Program-made: the position numbers and the translations under genes
Notes under the pieces: generated by a model
Databases searched by the model: none
What the model was told of the DNA's origin: nothing
What the model saw: the letters and a program-made list of their open reading frames with translations, nothing else
In this document: piece by piece, positions 1 through 15,000 of the stretch
How the letters are laid out: every line of letters begins with the position of its first letter
Position numbering within the stretch: the first letter of the stretch is position 1
NCBI GenBank assembly: GCA_004431415.1
Contig: QPMI01000688.1
Coordinates: 1-55,416 of the forward strand
Reading direction: 5' to 3'
DNA: 55,416 nucleotides
Origin: Cyanophora paradoxa CCMP329
Lineage: Eukaryota; Plantae; Glaucophyta

Positions 1-3000
1 CTGACTTCACACCGGGCGCCGCGTCAAGCACGATGAGCACGAACTCGTCGACGGCAGCATCGCTGTTCGGTGCGCGGGGCGGGGCGCGGGGTGGAGCCGC
101 GGGGCGCCGCGTCGCGCTGGGCCCTGACGCTGCTCGCAGCCAAGTCGGTGGGCCGCCGTCGGTGACGGTCTCGTCGAGCGGGGGCGGACGCTGTTTTGGC
201 GCGGTGTCCTGGAATACGACGGGGGCGTCGGGCACGGAGCCGGCGTACGCGAACGTGACCGTGAGCTGCTCGAGCAACGCGTGGCGGACTCGGCCTCGAA
301 CGCGACAGTGGCCTCGGAGACGGGGACGGGCTCGGCCGGTGCTGTCAGCGCGGGCTCCGGGAGTGGCAGGTGCAGTCGCACGTGACGAGCTGCGCGGCGA
401 CGGTGTACTACTCGTACCTGGGGGTGCGTCGAGCGCCCGGCGTACTCGACGGGTGCGTGGGCCACGGCAGACACTTTTTTGCGGGTCCTGGATGGAGGCT
501 GACGCGGGGCGTGGGGCGCAGTGCACGCAAAGACGGTGGAGAACGTGACGGTGGGACGCCGATCCGCAGTCGACGACGTCGGTGACGGTGCCCGTGAGCT
601 GGGCGCTCTCGGCGGTGGGGTACAGCGGGGACAACGTGGCGCCGACGTACGGGCCGCTGGAGTGAGCTGCTCCGGGGCCGCGTGACGCGGACGGGCTCCC
701 TGGCGAGCGCACGATCACGGCTGGGGCGACGAGCGCAGCGTGACCGTCTTGGGGCTCCCGAGATGGGCGCGTCGTACACGATCACGTGCAGCGGGGCCAA
801 TCTGACGGCGTACGCGGGGACCGTGACGGGCGCGGCGCCTGACTTCACACCGGGCGCCGCGTCAAGCACGATGAGCACGAACTCGTCGACGGCAGCATCG
901 CTGTTCGGTGCGCGGGGGCGGGCGCGGGGTGGAGCCGCGGGCGGCCGCGTCGCGCTGGGCCCTGACGCCTGCTCGCAGCCAAGTCGGTGGGCCGCCGTCG
1001 GTGACGTCTCGTCGAGCGGGCGCGACGCTGTTTTGGCGGCGGTGTCCTGGAATAACGAGGGGGGTCGGCACGGAGCCGGCGTACGCGAACGTGACCGTGA
1101 GCTGCTCGAGCAACGGCGTGGCGGACTCGGCCTCGAACGCGACAGTGGCCTCGAGACGGGGACGGGCTCGGCCACGGTGCTGGTCAGCGCGGGCTCCGGG
1201 AGGTGGCAGGTGCAGTCGCACGTGACGAGCTGCGCGGCGACGGGTACTACTCGTACCTGGGGGTGGCGTCGAGCGCCACGGCGTACTCGACGGGTGCGTG
1301 GCCACGGCAGACACTTTTTTGCGGGTCCTGGATGGAGGCTGACGCGGGGCGTGGGCAGTGCACGCAAAGACGGTGGAGAACGTGACGGTGGGACGCCGAT
1401 CCCGCAGTCGACGACGTCGGTGACGGTGCCCGTGAGCTGGGCGCTCTCGCGGTGGGTACAGCGGGACAACGTGGCGCCGACGTACGGGCCGCTGGAGGTG
1501 AGCTGCTCCGGGGCCGGCGTGACGCGGACGGGCTCCCTGGCGAGCGGCACGATCACGGCTGGGCGACGAGCGCCAACGTGACCGTCTTGGGGCTCCCCGA
1601 GATGGCGCGTCGTACACGATCACGTGCAGCGGGCCAATCTGACGGCGTACGCGGGACCGTGACGGGCGCGGCGCCTGACTTCACACCGGGCGCCGTCAAG
1701 CACGATGAGCACGAACTCGTCGACGGCAGCATCGCTGTTTGGTGCGCGGGGGCGGGGCGCGGGTGGAGCGCGGGGTGCGGGGCGCGCGCGCTGGCTGACG
1801 CCTGTCGCAGCCAAGTCGTGTGGGCCGCCGTCGGTGACGGTCTCTCGAGCGGGGCGGACGCTGTTTTGGCGGCGGTGTCCTGGAATACGACGGGGCGTCG
1901 GGCACGGACGGCGTACGCAACGTGACCGTGAGCTGCTCGAGCAACGGCGTGGCGGATCGGCCTCGAACGCACAGTGGCCTCGGAGACGGGACGGCTCGGC
2001 CACGGTGCTGGTCAGCGCGGGCTCCGGGAGTTGGCAGGTGCAGTCGCACGTGACGAGCGCGCGCGACGGTGTACTACTCGTACCTGGGGGTGGCGTCGAG
2101 CGCCACGGCGTACTCGACGGGTGCGTGGGCCACGGCAGCACTTTTTGCGGTCCTGGGATGGAGGCTGACGCGGGGCGTGGGGCGCAGTGCACGCAAAGAC
2201 GTGGAGAACGTGACGGTGGGGACGCCGATCCCGCAGTCGACGACGTCGGTGACGGTGCCCGTGAGCTGGGCGCTTCGGCGGTGGGGTACAGCGGGGACAC
2301 TGGCGCCGACGTACGGCCGCTGGAGTGAGCTGCTCCGGGGCCGGCGTGACGCGGACGGGCTCCCTGGCGAGCGCACGATCACGGCTGGGGCGACGAGCGC
2401 CAGCGTGACCGTCTTGGGGCTCCCCGAGAATGGGCGCGTCGTACACGATCACGTGCAGCGGGGCCAATCTGACGGCGTACGCGGGACCGTGACGGCGGGC
2501 GCCTGACTTCACACCGGGCGCCGCGTCAAGCACGAGATGAGCACGAACTCGTCGACGGCAGCATCGCTGTTCGGGCGCGGGGGCGGGGCGCGGGTGGAGC
2601 CGCGGGGCGGCCGCGTCGCGCTGGCCCTGACGCCTGCTCGCAGCCAAGTCGGTGGGCCGCCGTCGTGACGGTCTCGTCGAGCGGGGGACGCTGTTTTGGC
2701 GGCGTGTCCTGGAATACGACGGGGCGTCGGGCACGAGCCGGCGTACGAGAACGTGACCGTGAGCTGCTCGAGCAACGGCGTGGCGGACTCGGCTCGAACG
2801 CGACAGTGGCCTCGGAGACGGGGACGGGCTCGGCACGGTGCTGGTCAGCGCGGGCTCCGGGAGGTGGCAGGTGCAGTCGCACGTGACGAGCTGCGCGGCG
2901 ACGGTACTACTCGTACCTGGGGTGGCGTCGAGCGCCACGGCGTACTCGACGGGTGCGTGGGCCACGGCAGACACTTTTTCGCGGTCCTGGGATGGAGGCT

Positions 3001-6000
3001 GACGCGGGGCGTGGGCGCAGTGCACGCAAAGACGGTGGAGAACGGACGGTGGGACGCGATCCCGCAGTCGACGACGTCGGTGACGGTGCCCGTGAGCTGG
3101 GCGCTCTCGGCGTGGGTACAGCGGGGACAACGTGGGACGTACGGGCCGCTGGAGGGAGCTGCTCCGGGGCCGGCGTGACGCGGGTCCCTGGCGAGCGGCA
3201 CGATCACGGCTGGGGCGACGAGCGCGTGACCGTCTTGGGGCTCCCCGAGATGGGCGCGTCGTACACGATCACGTGCAGCGGGGCCAATCTGACGGCGTAC
3301 GCGGGACCGTGACGGGCGCGGCGCCTGACTTCACACCGGGGCCGCGAAGCACGATGAGCACGAACTCGTCGACGCAGCATCGCTGTTCGGTGCGCGGGGC
3401 GGGCGCGGGGTGAGCCGCGGGGCGGCCGCGTCGCGCTGGGCCCTGACGCCTGCTCGCAGCCAAGTCGGTGGGGCCGCCGTCGGTGACGGTCTCGTCGAGC
3501 GGGGCGGACGCTGTTTTGGCGGCGGTGTCCTGGAATACGACGGGGCGTCGGGCACGGAGCCGGCGTACGCGAACGTGACGTGAGCTGCTCGAGCAACGGC
3601 GTGGCGGACTCGGCCTCGAACGCGACAGTGGCCTCGGAGACGGGGACGGGCTCGGCCACGGTGCTGGTCAGCGCGGGCTCCGGGAGGTGGCAGGTGCAGT
3701 CGCACGTGACGAGCTGCGCGGCGACGGTGTACTACTCGTACCTGGGGGTGGCGTCGAGCGCCACGGCGTACTCGACGGGTGCGTGGGGCCACGGCAGACA
3801 CTTTTTCGCGGGTCCTGGGATGGAGGCTGACGCGGGGCGTGGGGCGCAGTGCACGCAAAGACGGTGGAGAACGTGACGGTGGGGACGCCGATCCCGCAGT
3901 CGACGACGTCGGTGACGGTGCCCGTGAGCTGGGCGCTCTCGGCGGTGGGGTACAGCGGGGACAACGTGGCGCCGACGTACGGGCCGCTGGAGGTGAGCTG
4001 CTCCGGGGCCGGCGTGACGCGAACGGGCTCCCTGGCGAGCGGCACGATCACGGCTGGGGCGACGAGCGCCAACGTGACCGTCTTGGGGCTCCCCGAGATG
4101 GGCGCGTCGTACACGATCACGTGCAGCGGGGCCAATCTGACGGCGTACGCGGGGACCGTGACGGGCGCGGCGCCTGACTTCACACCGGGCGCCGCGTCAA
4201 GCACGATGAGCACGAACTCGTCGACGGCAGCATCGCTGTTCGGTGCGCGGGGGCGGGGCGCGGGGTGGAGCCGCGGGGCGGCCGCGTCGCGCTGGGCCCT
4301 GACGCCTGCTCGCAGCCAAGTCGGTGGGGCCGCCGTCGGTGACGGTCTCGTCGAGCGGGGCGGACGCTGTTTTGGCGGCGGTGTCCTGGAATACGACGGG
4401 GGCGTCGGGCACGGAGCCGGCGTACGCGAACGTGACCGTGAGCTGCTCGAGCAACGGCGTGGCGGACTCGGCTCGAACGCGACAGTGGCCTCGGAGACGG
4501 GGACGGGCTCGGCCACGGTGCTGGTCAGCGCGGGCTCCGGGAGGTGGCAGGTGCAGTCGCACGTGACGAGCTGCGCGGCGACGGTGTACTACTCGTACCT
4601 GGGGGTGGCGAGCGCCACGGCGTACTCGACGGGTGCGTGGGGCACGGCAGACACTTTTTGCGGGTCCTGGGATGGAGGCTGACGCGGGGCGTGGGGCGCA
4701 GTGCACGCAAAGACGGTGGAGAACGTGACGGTGGGGACGCCGATCCCGCAGTCGACGACGTCGGTGACGGTGCCCGTGAGCTGGCGCTCTCGGCGGGGGG
4801 TACAGCGGGGACAACGTGGCGCCGACGTACGGGCCGCTGGAGGTGAGCTGCTCCGGGGCCGGCGTGACGCGGACGGGCTCCCTGGCGAGCGGCACGATCA
4901 CGGCTGGGGCGACGAGCGCCAACGTGACCGTCTTGGGGCTCCCCGAGATGGGCGCGTCGTACACGATCACGTGCAGCGGGGCCAATCTGACGGCGTACGC
5001 GGGACCGTGACGGGCGCGGCGCCTGACTTCACACCGGGCGCCGCGTCAAGCACGATGAGCACGAACTCGTCGACGGCAGCATCGCTGTTCGGTGCGCGGG
5101 GGCGGGGCGGGGTGGAGCCGCGGGGCGGCCGCGTCGCGCTGGGCCCTGACGCCTGCTCGCAGCCAAGTCGGTGGGGCCGCCGTCGGTGACGGTCTCGTCG
5201 AGCGGGGCGGACGCTGTTTTGGCGGCGGTGTCCTGGAATACGACGGGGGCGTCGGGCACGGAGCCGGTACGCGAACGTGACCGTGAGCTGCTCGAGCAAC
5301 GGCGTGGCGGACTCGGCCTCGAACGCGACAGTGGCCTCGGAGACGGGGACGGGCTCGGCCACGGTGCTGGTCAGCGCGGGCTCCGGGAGGTGGCAGGTGC
5401 AGTCGCACGTGACGAGCTGCGCGGCGACGGTGTACTACTCGTACCTGGGGGTGGCGTCGAGCGCCACGGCGTACTCGACGGGTGCGTGGGGCCACGGCAG
5501 ACACTTTTTCGCGGGTCCTGGGATGGAGGCTGACGCGGGGCGTGGGGCGCAGTGCACGCAAAGACGGTGGAGAACGTGACGGTGGGGACGCCGATCCCGC
5601 AGTCGACGACGTCGGTGACGGTGCCCGTGAGCTGGGCGCTCTCGGCGGTGGGGTACAGCGGGGACAACGTGGCGCCGACGTACGGGCCGCTGGAGGTGAG
5701 CTGCTCCGGGGCCGGCGTGACGCGGACGGGCTCCCTGGCGAGCGGCACGATCACGGCTGGGGCGACGAGCGCCATGACCGTCTTGGGGCTCCCCGAGATG
5801 GGCGCGTCGTACACGATCACGTGCAGCGGGGCCAATCTGACGGCGTACGCGGGGACCGTGACGGGCGCGGCGCCTGACTTCACACCGGGCGCCGCGTCAA
5901 GCACGATGAGCACGAACTCGTCGACGGCAGCATCGCTGTTCGGTGCGCGGGGGCGGGGCGCGGGTGGAGCCGCGGGGCGGCCGCGTCGCGCTGGGCCCTG

Positions 6001-9000
6001 ACGCCTGCTCGCAGCCAAGTCGGTGGGGCCGCCGTCGGTGACGGTCTCGTCGAGCGGGGCGGACGCTGTTTTGGCGGCGGTGTCCTGGAATACGACGGGG
6101 GCGTCGGGCACGGAGCCGGCGTACGCGAACGTGACCGTGAGCTGCTCGAGCAACGGCGTGGCGGACTCGGCCTCGAACGCGACAGTGGCCTCGGAGACGG
6201 GGACGGGCTCGGCCACGGTGCTGGTCAGCGCGGGCTCCGGGAGGTGGCAGGTGCAGTCGCACGTGACGAGCTGCGCGGCGACGGTGTACTACTCGTACCT
6301 GGGGTGGCGTCGAGCGCCACGGCGTACTCGACGGGTGCGTGGGGCCACGGCAGACACTTTTTTGCGGGTCCTGGGATGGAGGCTGACGCGGGGCGTGGGG
6401 CGCAGTGCACGCAAAGACGGTGGAGAACGTGACGGTGGGGACGCCGATCCCGCAGTCGACGACGTCGGTGACGGTGCCCGTGAGCTGGGCGCTCTCGGCG
6501 GTGGGGTACAGCGGGGACAACGTGGCGCCGACGTACGGGCCGCTGGAGGTGAGCTGCTCCGGGGCCGGCGTGACGCGGACGGGCTCCCTGGCGAGCGGCA
6601 CGATCACGGCTGGGGCGACGAGCGCCAACGTGACCGTCTTGGGGCTCCCCGAGATGGGCGTCGTACACGATCACGTGCAGCGGGGCCAATCTGACGGCGT
6701 ACGCGGGGACCGTGACGGGCGCGGCGCCTGACTTCACACCGGGCGCCGCGTCAAGCACGATGAGCACGAACTCGTCGACGGCAGCATCGCTGTTCGGTGC
6801 GCGGGGGCGGGGCGCGGGTGGAGCCGGGGGCGGCCGCGTCGCGCTGGGCCCTGACGCCTGCTCGCAGCCAAGTCGGTGGGGCCGCCGTCGGTGACGGTCT
6901 CGTCGAGCGGGGCGGACGCTGTTTTGGCGGCGGTGTCCTGGAATACGACGGGGGCGTCGGGCACGGAGCCGGCGTACGCGAACGTGACCGTGAGCTGCTC
7001 GAGCAACGGCGTGGCGGACTCGGCCTCGAACGCGACAGTGGCCTCGGAGACGGGGACGGGCTCGGCCACGGTGCTGGTCAGCGCGGGCTCCGGGAGGTGG
7101 CAGGTGCAGTCGCACGTGACGAGCTGCGCGGCGACGGTGTACTACTCGTACCTGGGGGTGGCGTCGAGCGCCACGGCGTACTCGACGGGTGCGTGGGGCC
7201 ACGGCAGACACTTTTTGCGGGTCCTGGGATGGAGGCTGACGCGGGGCGTGGGGCGCAGTGCACGCAAAGACGGTGGAGAACGTGACGGTGGGGACGCCGA
7301 TCCCGCAGTCGACGACGTCGGTGATCGGTGGCCGTGAGGCTGGGCGCTCTCGGCGGTGGGGTACAGCGGGGACAACGTGGCGCCGACCGTACGGGCCGCT
7401 GAGGTGAGCTGCTCGCGGGGCCGGCGTGACGCGGACGGGCTCCTGGCGAGCGGCACGATCACGGCTGGGGCGACGAGCGCCACGTGAACCGTCTTGGGGC
7501 TCCTCGAGATGTGCGCGTCGTTACACGATCACGTGCAGCGGGGCAATCTGACGCGTACGCGGGGACCGTGACGGGCGCGGCGCCTGACTTCACACCGGGC
7601 GCCGCGTCAAGCACGATGAGCCGAACTCGTCGACGGCAGCATTCGCTGTTTCGGTTGCGCGGGGCGGGGCGCGGGGTGGAGCCGCGGGGCGGCCGCGTCG
7701 CGCTGGGCCCTGACGCCTGCTCGCAGCCAAGTCGGTGGGGCCGCCGTCGGTGACGGTCTCGTCGAGCGGCGCGGACGCTGTTTTGGCGGCGGTGTCCTGG
7801 AATACGACGGGGGCGTCGGGCACGGAGCCGGCGTACGCGAACGTGACCGTGAGCTGCTTCGAGCAACGGCGTGGCGGACTCGGCCTCGAACGCGACAGTG
7901 GCCTCGGAGACGGGGACGGGCTCGGCCACGGTGCTGGTCAGCGCGGGCTCCGGGAGGTGGCAGGTGCAGTCGCACGTGACGAGCTGCGCGCGACGGTGTC
8001 TACTCGTACTGGGGGTGGCGTCGAGCGCCACGGCGTACTCGACGGGTGCGTGGGGCACGGCAGACACTTTTTGCGGGTCCTGGGATGGAGGCTGACGCGG
8101 GGCGTGGGGCGCAGTGCACGCAAAGACGGTGGAGAACGTGACGGTGGGGACGCCGATCCGGCAGTCGACGACGTCGGTGACGGTGCCCGTGAGCTGGGCG
8201 CTCTCGGCGGTGGGTACAGCGGGGACAACGTGGCGCCGACGTACGGGCGCTGCGAGGTGAGCTGCTCCGGGGCCGGCGTGACGCGGACGGGCTCCTGGCG
8301 AGCGGCACGATCACGGCTGGGGCGACGAGCGCCAACGTGACCGTCTTGGGGCTCCCCGAGATGGGCGCGTCGTACACGATCACGTGCAGCGGGGCCAATC
8401 TGACGGCGTACGCGGGGACCGTGACGGGCGCGGCGCCTGACTTCACACCGGGCGCCGCGTCAAGCACGATGAGCACGACTCGTCGACGGCAGCAATCGCT
8501 GTTCGGTGCGCGGGGGCGGGGCGGGGTGGAGCCGCGGGGCGGCCGCGTCGCGCTGGCCCTGACGCCTGCTCGCAGCCAAGTCGGTGGGCGCGCCGTCGGT
8601 GACGGTCTCGTCGAGCGGGGCGGACGCTGTTTTGGCGGGGTGTCTGGAATACGACGGGGGCGTCGGGCACGGAGCCGGCGTACGCGAACGTGACCGTGAG
8701 CTGCTCGAGCAACGGCGTGGCGGACTCGGCTCGAACGCGACAGTGGCCTCGGAGACGGGGACGGGCTCGCCACGGTGTGGTCAGCGCGGGCTCCGGGAGG
8801 TGGCAGGTGCAGTCGCACTGACGAGCTGCGCGGCGACGGTGTACTACTCGTACCTGGGGTGGCGTCGAGCGCCACGGCGTACTCGACGGGTGCGTGGGGC
8901 CACGGCAGACACTTTTTCGCGGGTCCTGGGATGGAGGCTGACGCGGGGCGTGGGGCGCAGTGCACGCAAAGACGGTGGAGAACGTGACGGTGGGGACGCC

Positions 9001-12000
9001 GATCCCGCAGTCGACGACGTCGGTGACGGTGCCCGTGAGCGGGCGCTCTCGGCGGTGGGGTACAGCGGGGACAACGTGGCCCGACGTACGGGCCGCTGGA
9101 GGTGAGCTGCTCCGGGCCGGCGTGACGCGGACGGGCTCCCTGCGAGCGGCACGATCACGGCTGGGGCGACGAGCGCCAACGTGAACGTCTTGGGGCTCCC
9201 GAGATGGGCGCGTCGTACACGATCACGTGCAGCGGGGCCAATCTGACGGCGTAGCGGGACCGTGACGGGCGCGGCGCTGACTTCACACCGGGCGCCGGTC
9301 AAGCACGATGAGCACGAACTCGTCGACGGCGCATCGCTGTTCGGTGCGCGGGGCGGGGCGCGGGTGGAGCCGCGGGGCGGCCGCGTCGCGCTGGGCCCTG
9401 ACGCCTGCTCGCAGCCAAGTCGTGGGGCGCCGTCGGTGACGGTCTCGTCGAGCGGGCGGACGCTGTTTTGGCGGCGGTGTCCTGGAATACGACGGGGGCG
9501 TCGGGCACGGGGCGGCGTACGCGAACGTGACCGTGAGCTGCTCGAGCAACGGCGTGGCGGACTCGGCCTCGACGCGACAGTGGCCTCGGAGACGGGGACG
9601 GGCTCGGCCACGTGCTGGTCAGCGCGGGCTCCGGAGGTGGCAGGTGCAGTCGCACGTGACGAGCTGCGCGGCGACGGTGTACTTACTCGTACCTGGGGGT
9701 GGCGTCGAGCGCCACGGCGTACTCGACGGTGCGTGGGGCCACGGCAGACACTTTTTGCGGGTCCTGGGATGGAGGCTGACGCGGGCGTGGGCGCAGTGCA
9801 CGCAAAGACGGTGGAGAACGTGACGGTGGGGACGCCGATCCCGCAGTCGACGACGTCGGTGACGGTGCCCGTGAGCTGGGCGCTCTCGGCGGTGGGGTAC
9901 AGCGGGGAAACGTGGCGCCGACGTACGGGCCGTGGAGGTGAGCTGCTCCGGGGCCGGCGTGACGCGGACGGGCTCCCTGGCGAGCGGCACGATCACGGCT
10001 GGGGCGACGAGCGCGCAACGTGACCGTCTTGGTGCTCCCGAGATGGGCGCGTCGTACACGATCACGTGCAGCGGGGCCAATCTGACGGCGTAACGCGGGG
10101 ACGTGACGGGCGCGGCGCCTGACTTCACACCGGGCGCCGCGTCAAGCACGATGAGCACGAACTCGTCGACGGCAGCATCGCTGTTCGGTGCGCGGGGCGG
10201 GGCGCGGGGTGGAGCCGCGGGGCGGCCGCGTCGCGCTGGCCTGACGCCTGCTCGCAGCCAAGTCGGTGGGGCCGCCGTCGGTGACGGTCTCGTCGAGCGG
10301 GGCGGACGCTGTTTTGGCGGCGGTTCCTGGAATACGACGGGGGCGTCGGGCACGGAGCCGGCGTACGCGAACGTGACCGTGAGCTGCTCGAGAACGGCGT
10401 GGCGGACTCGGCCTCGAACGCGACAGTGGCCTCGGAGACGGGGACGGGCTCGGCCACGGTGCTGGTCAGCGCGGGCTCCGGGAGGTGGCAGGTGCAGTCG
10501 CACGTGACGAGCTGCGCGGCGACGGTGTACTACTCGTACCTGGGGGTGGCGTCGAGCGCCACGGCGTACTCGACGGGTGCGTGGGGCACGGCAGACACTT
10601 TTTTGCGGTCCTGGGATGGAGGGCTGACGCGGGGCGTGGGGCGCAGTGCACGCAAAGACGGTGGAGAACGTGACGGTGGGGACGCCGATCCCGCAGTCGA
10701 CGACGTCGGTGACGGTGCCCGTGAGCTGGGCGCTCTCGGCGGTGGGGTACAGCGGGGACAACGTGGCGCCGACGTACGGGCCGCTGGAGGTGAGCTGCTC
10801 CGGGGCCGGCGTGACGCGGACGGGCTCCCTGGCGAGCGGCACGATCACGGCTGGGGCGACGAGCGCCACGTGACCGTCTTGGGGCTCCCCGAGAATGGGC
10901 GCGCGTACACGATCACGTGCAGCGGGGCAATCTGACGGCGTACGCGGGGACCGTGACGGGCGCGGCGCCTGACTTCACACCGGGCGCGCGTCAAGCACGT
11001 GAGCACGAACTCGTCGACAGGCAGCATCGCTGTTTCGGATGCGCCGGGGGCGGGGCGGCGGGGTGGAGCGCGGGGCGGCAGCGTCGCGCTGGCCCTGACG
11101 CTGCTCGCAGCCAAGTCGGTGGGGCCGCCGTCGGTGACGGTCTCGTCGAGGCGGGGCGGACGCTGTTTTGGCGGCGGTGTCCTGGAATACGACGGGGCGC
11201 GTCGGGCACGGAGCCGGCGTACGCGAACGTGAACCGTGAGCTGCTCGAGCAATCGGCGTGGCGGACTCGGCCTCGAACGCGACAGTGGCCTCGGAGACGG
11301 GGACGGCTCGGCCACGGTGCTGGTCAGCGCGGCTCCGGGAGGTGGCAGGTGCAGTCGCACGTGACGAGCTGCGCGGCGACGGTGTACTACTCGTACCTGG
11401 GGTGGCGTCGAGCGCCACGGCGTACTCGACGGGTGCGTGGGGCCACGGCAGACACTTTTTTTGCGGGTCCTGGGATGGAGGCTGACGCGGGCGTGGGGCG
11501 CAGTGGCACGCAAAGACGGTGAGAACGTGACGGTGGGGACGCCGATCCGCAGTCGACGACGTCGGTGACGGTGCCCGTGAGCTGGGCGCTCTCGGCGGTG
11601 GGGTACAGCGGGGACACGTGGCGCAGACGTACGGGCCGCTGGAGGTGAGCTGCTGCCGGGGCCGGCGTGACGCGGACGGGCTCCCTGGCGAGCGGCACGA
11701 TCACGGCTGGGGCGACGAGCGGCCAACGTGACCGTCTTGGGGCTCCCCGAGATGGCGGTCGTACACGATCACGTGCAGCGGGGCCAATTCTGACGGCGTA
11801 CGCGGGGACCGTGACGGGCGGGCTGGGCGCCTGACTTCACACCGGGCGCCGCGTCAAGCACGATGAGCACGAACTCGTCGACGCAGCATCGCTGTTCGGA
11901 TGCGCGGGGGCGGGGCGGGGGTGGAGCGCGGGGATCGGCCGCGTCGCGCTGGCCCTGACGCCTGCTGCAGCCAAGTCCGGTGGGCCGGCCGTCGGTGACG

Positions 12001-15000
12001 GTCTCGTCGAGCGGGGCGGACGCTGTTTTGGCGGCGGTGTCTGGAATACGACGGGGGGTCGGGCACGGAGCCGCGTACGGCGAACGTGACCGTAGAGCTG
12101 CTCGAGCAACGGCGTGGCGGACTCGGCCTCTGAACGCGACAGTGGCCTCGGAGACGGGGACGGGCTCGGCCACGGTGCTTGGTCAGCGCGGGCTTCCCGG
12201 GAGGTGGCAGGTGCAGTCAGCACGTGACGAGCTGCGCGGCGACGGTGTACTACTCGTACCTGGGGTGGCGTCGAGCGCCCGGCGTACTCGACGGGGTGCG
12301 TGGGGCACGGCAGACACTTTTTTTGCGGTCCTGGGATGGAGGCTGACGCGGGGCGTGGGGCGCAGTGCACGCAAAGACGGTGGAGAACGTGACGGTGGGA
12401 CGCCGATCCCGCAGTCGCGACGTCGGTGAGGTGCCCGTGACGCTGGGCGCTCCTGGCGGTGGGGGGTAACAGCGGGGACAACGTGGCGCCCGACGTACGG
12501 CCGCTGGAGTGAGCTGCTCCGGGGCCGGCGTGACGCGGACGGGCTCCTGCGAGCGGCACGATCACGGCTGGGGGCGACGAGCGCCAGCGTGACCGTCTTG
12601 CGGGCTCCCGAGATGGGCGGTCGTACACGATCACGTGCAGCGGGGCCAATCTGACGGCGTACGCGGGGACCGTGACGGGCGCGGCGCTGATTCACACCGG
12701 GCGCGCGTCAGCACGATGAGCACGAACTCGTCGACGGCAGCATCGCTGTTCGGTGCGCGGGGGCGGGGCGAGGGGTGGAGCTGCGGGGCGGCGCGTCGCG
12801 CTGGGCTCCTGACGCCTGCTCGGCAGAGCCAAGTCGGTGGGGCCGCGTCGTGACGGTCTCGTCGAGCGGGGCGACGCTGTTTTTGGCGGCGGTGTCTGGA
12901 ATAACGACGGGGGCGTCGGGCACGGAGCCGGCGTACGCGAACGTGACCGTGAGCGTCGAGCACGGCGTGGCGGACTCGGCCTCGAACGCGACAGTGGCCT
13001 CGGAGACGGGGACGGGCTCGCCACGGTGCTGGTCAGCGCGGGCTCCGGGAGGTGGCAGTGCAGTCGCACGTGCACGAGCTGCGCGGCGACGGTGTACTAC
13101 TCGTACCTGGGGGTGGCGTCGAGCGCACGGCGTACTCGACGGGTGCGTGGGGCCACGGCAGACACTTTTTGCGGGTCCTGGGATGGAGGCTGACGCGGGG
13201 CGTGGGGCGCAGTGCACGCAAAGACGGTGGAGAACGTGAACGGTGGGACGCCGATCCCGCAGTCGACGACGTCGGTGACGGTGCCTCGTGAGCTGGGCGC
13301 TCTCGGCGGTGGGGTACAGCGGGGACACGTGGCGCCGAGTACGGGCCGCTGGAGGTGAGCTGCTCGGGCCGGCGTGACGCGGACGGGCTCCTGGCGAGCG
13401 GCACGATCACGGCTGGGGCGACGGCGCCACGTGACCGTCTTGGGGCTCCCCGAGATGGGCGCGTCGTACACGATCACGTGCAGCGGGGCCAATCTGACGG
13501 CGTACGCGGGGACCGTGACGGGGCGGCGCCTGACTTCACACCGGGCGCCGCGTCAAGCACGATGAGCACGAACCTCGTCGACGGCAGCATCGCTGTTCGG
13601 TGCGCGGGGGCGGGGCGGCGGGGTGGAGCCGCGGGCGGCCGCGTCGCGCTGGGCCCTGACGCCTGCTCGCAGCCAAGTCGGTGGGCCGCCGTCGGTGACC
13701 GTCTCGTCCGAGCGGGGCGGACGCTGTTTTGGCGGCGGTGTCCTGGAATACGACGGGGCGGTCGGGCCACGGAGCGGCGTACGCGACGTGACCGTGAGCT
13801 GCTCGAGCAACGGCGTGGCGGACTCGGCCTCGAACGCGACAGTGGCCTCGGAGACGGGGACGGGCTCGGCCACGGTGCTGGTCAGCGCGGGCTCCGGGAG
13901 GTGGCGGTGCAGTCGCACGTGACGAGCTGCGCGCGACGGTGTACTACTCGTACCTGGGGTGGCGTCGAGCGCCACGGCGTACTCGACGGGTGCGTGGGGC
14001 CACGGCAGACACTTTTTCGCGGGTCCTGGGATGGAGGCTGACGCGGGGCGTGGGGCGCAGTGCAGCAAAGACGGTGGAGAACGTGACGGTGGGACGCCGA
14101 TCCCGCAGTCGACGACGTCGGTGACTGGTGCCGTGAGCTGGGCGCTCTCGCGGTGGGGTACAGCGGGGACACGTGGCGCGACGTACGGCGCTGGAGGTGA
14201 GCTGCTCCGGGGCGGCGTGACGCGGACGGGCTCCTGGCGAGCGGCACGATACGGCTGGGCGACGAGCGCACGTGACGTCTTGGGCTCCCGAGATGGGCGC
14301 GTCGTACACGATCACGTGCAGCGGGGCAATCTGACGGCGTACGCGGGGACCGTGAGGGCGCGGCGCTGACTTCACACCGGGCGCCGGTCAAGCACGATGA
14401 GCACGAACTCGTGCGGAGCATCGCTGTTCGGTGCGCGGGGGCGGGGCGGGGGTGGAGCCGCGGGCGGCCGCGTCGCGCTGGGCCTGACGCTGCTCGAGCC
14501 AAGTCGGTGGGGCCGCCGTCGGTGACGGTCTCGTCGAGCGGGGCGGACGCTGTTTTGGCGGCGGTGTCTGGATACGAGGGGGCGTCGGGCACGGAGCCGG
14601 CGTACGCGAACGTGACCGTGAGCTGCTCGAGCAACGGCGTGGCGGACTCGCCTCGAACGCGACAGTGGCCTCGGAGACGGGGACGGGCTCGGCCACGGTG
14701 CTGGTCAGCGCGGGTCCGGGAGGTGGCAGGTGCAGTCGCACGTGACGAGCTGCGCGGCGACGGTGTACTACTCGTACTGGGGTGGGTCGAGCGCCACGGC
14801 GTACTCGACGGGTGCGTGGGGCACGGCAGACACTTTTTGCGGGTCTGGGATGGAGGCTGACGCGGGGCGTGGGGCGCAGTGCACGCAAGACGGTGGAAGT
14901 GACGGTGGGGACGCCGATCCCGCAGTGACGACGTCGGTGAGGGTGCCGTGAGCTGGGCGCTCTCGGCGGGGGTAAGCGGGGACACGTGGCGCCGACGTAC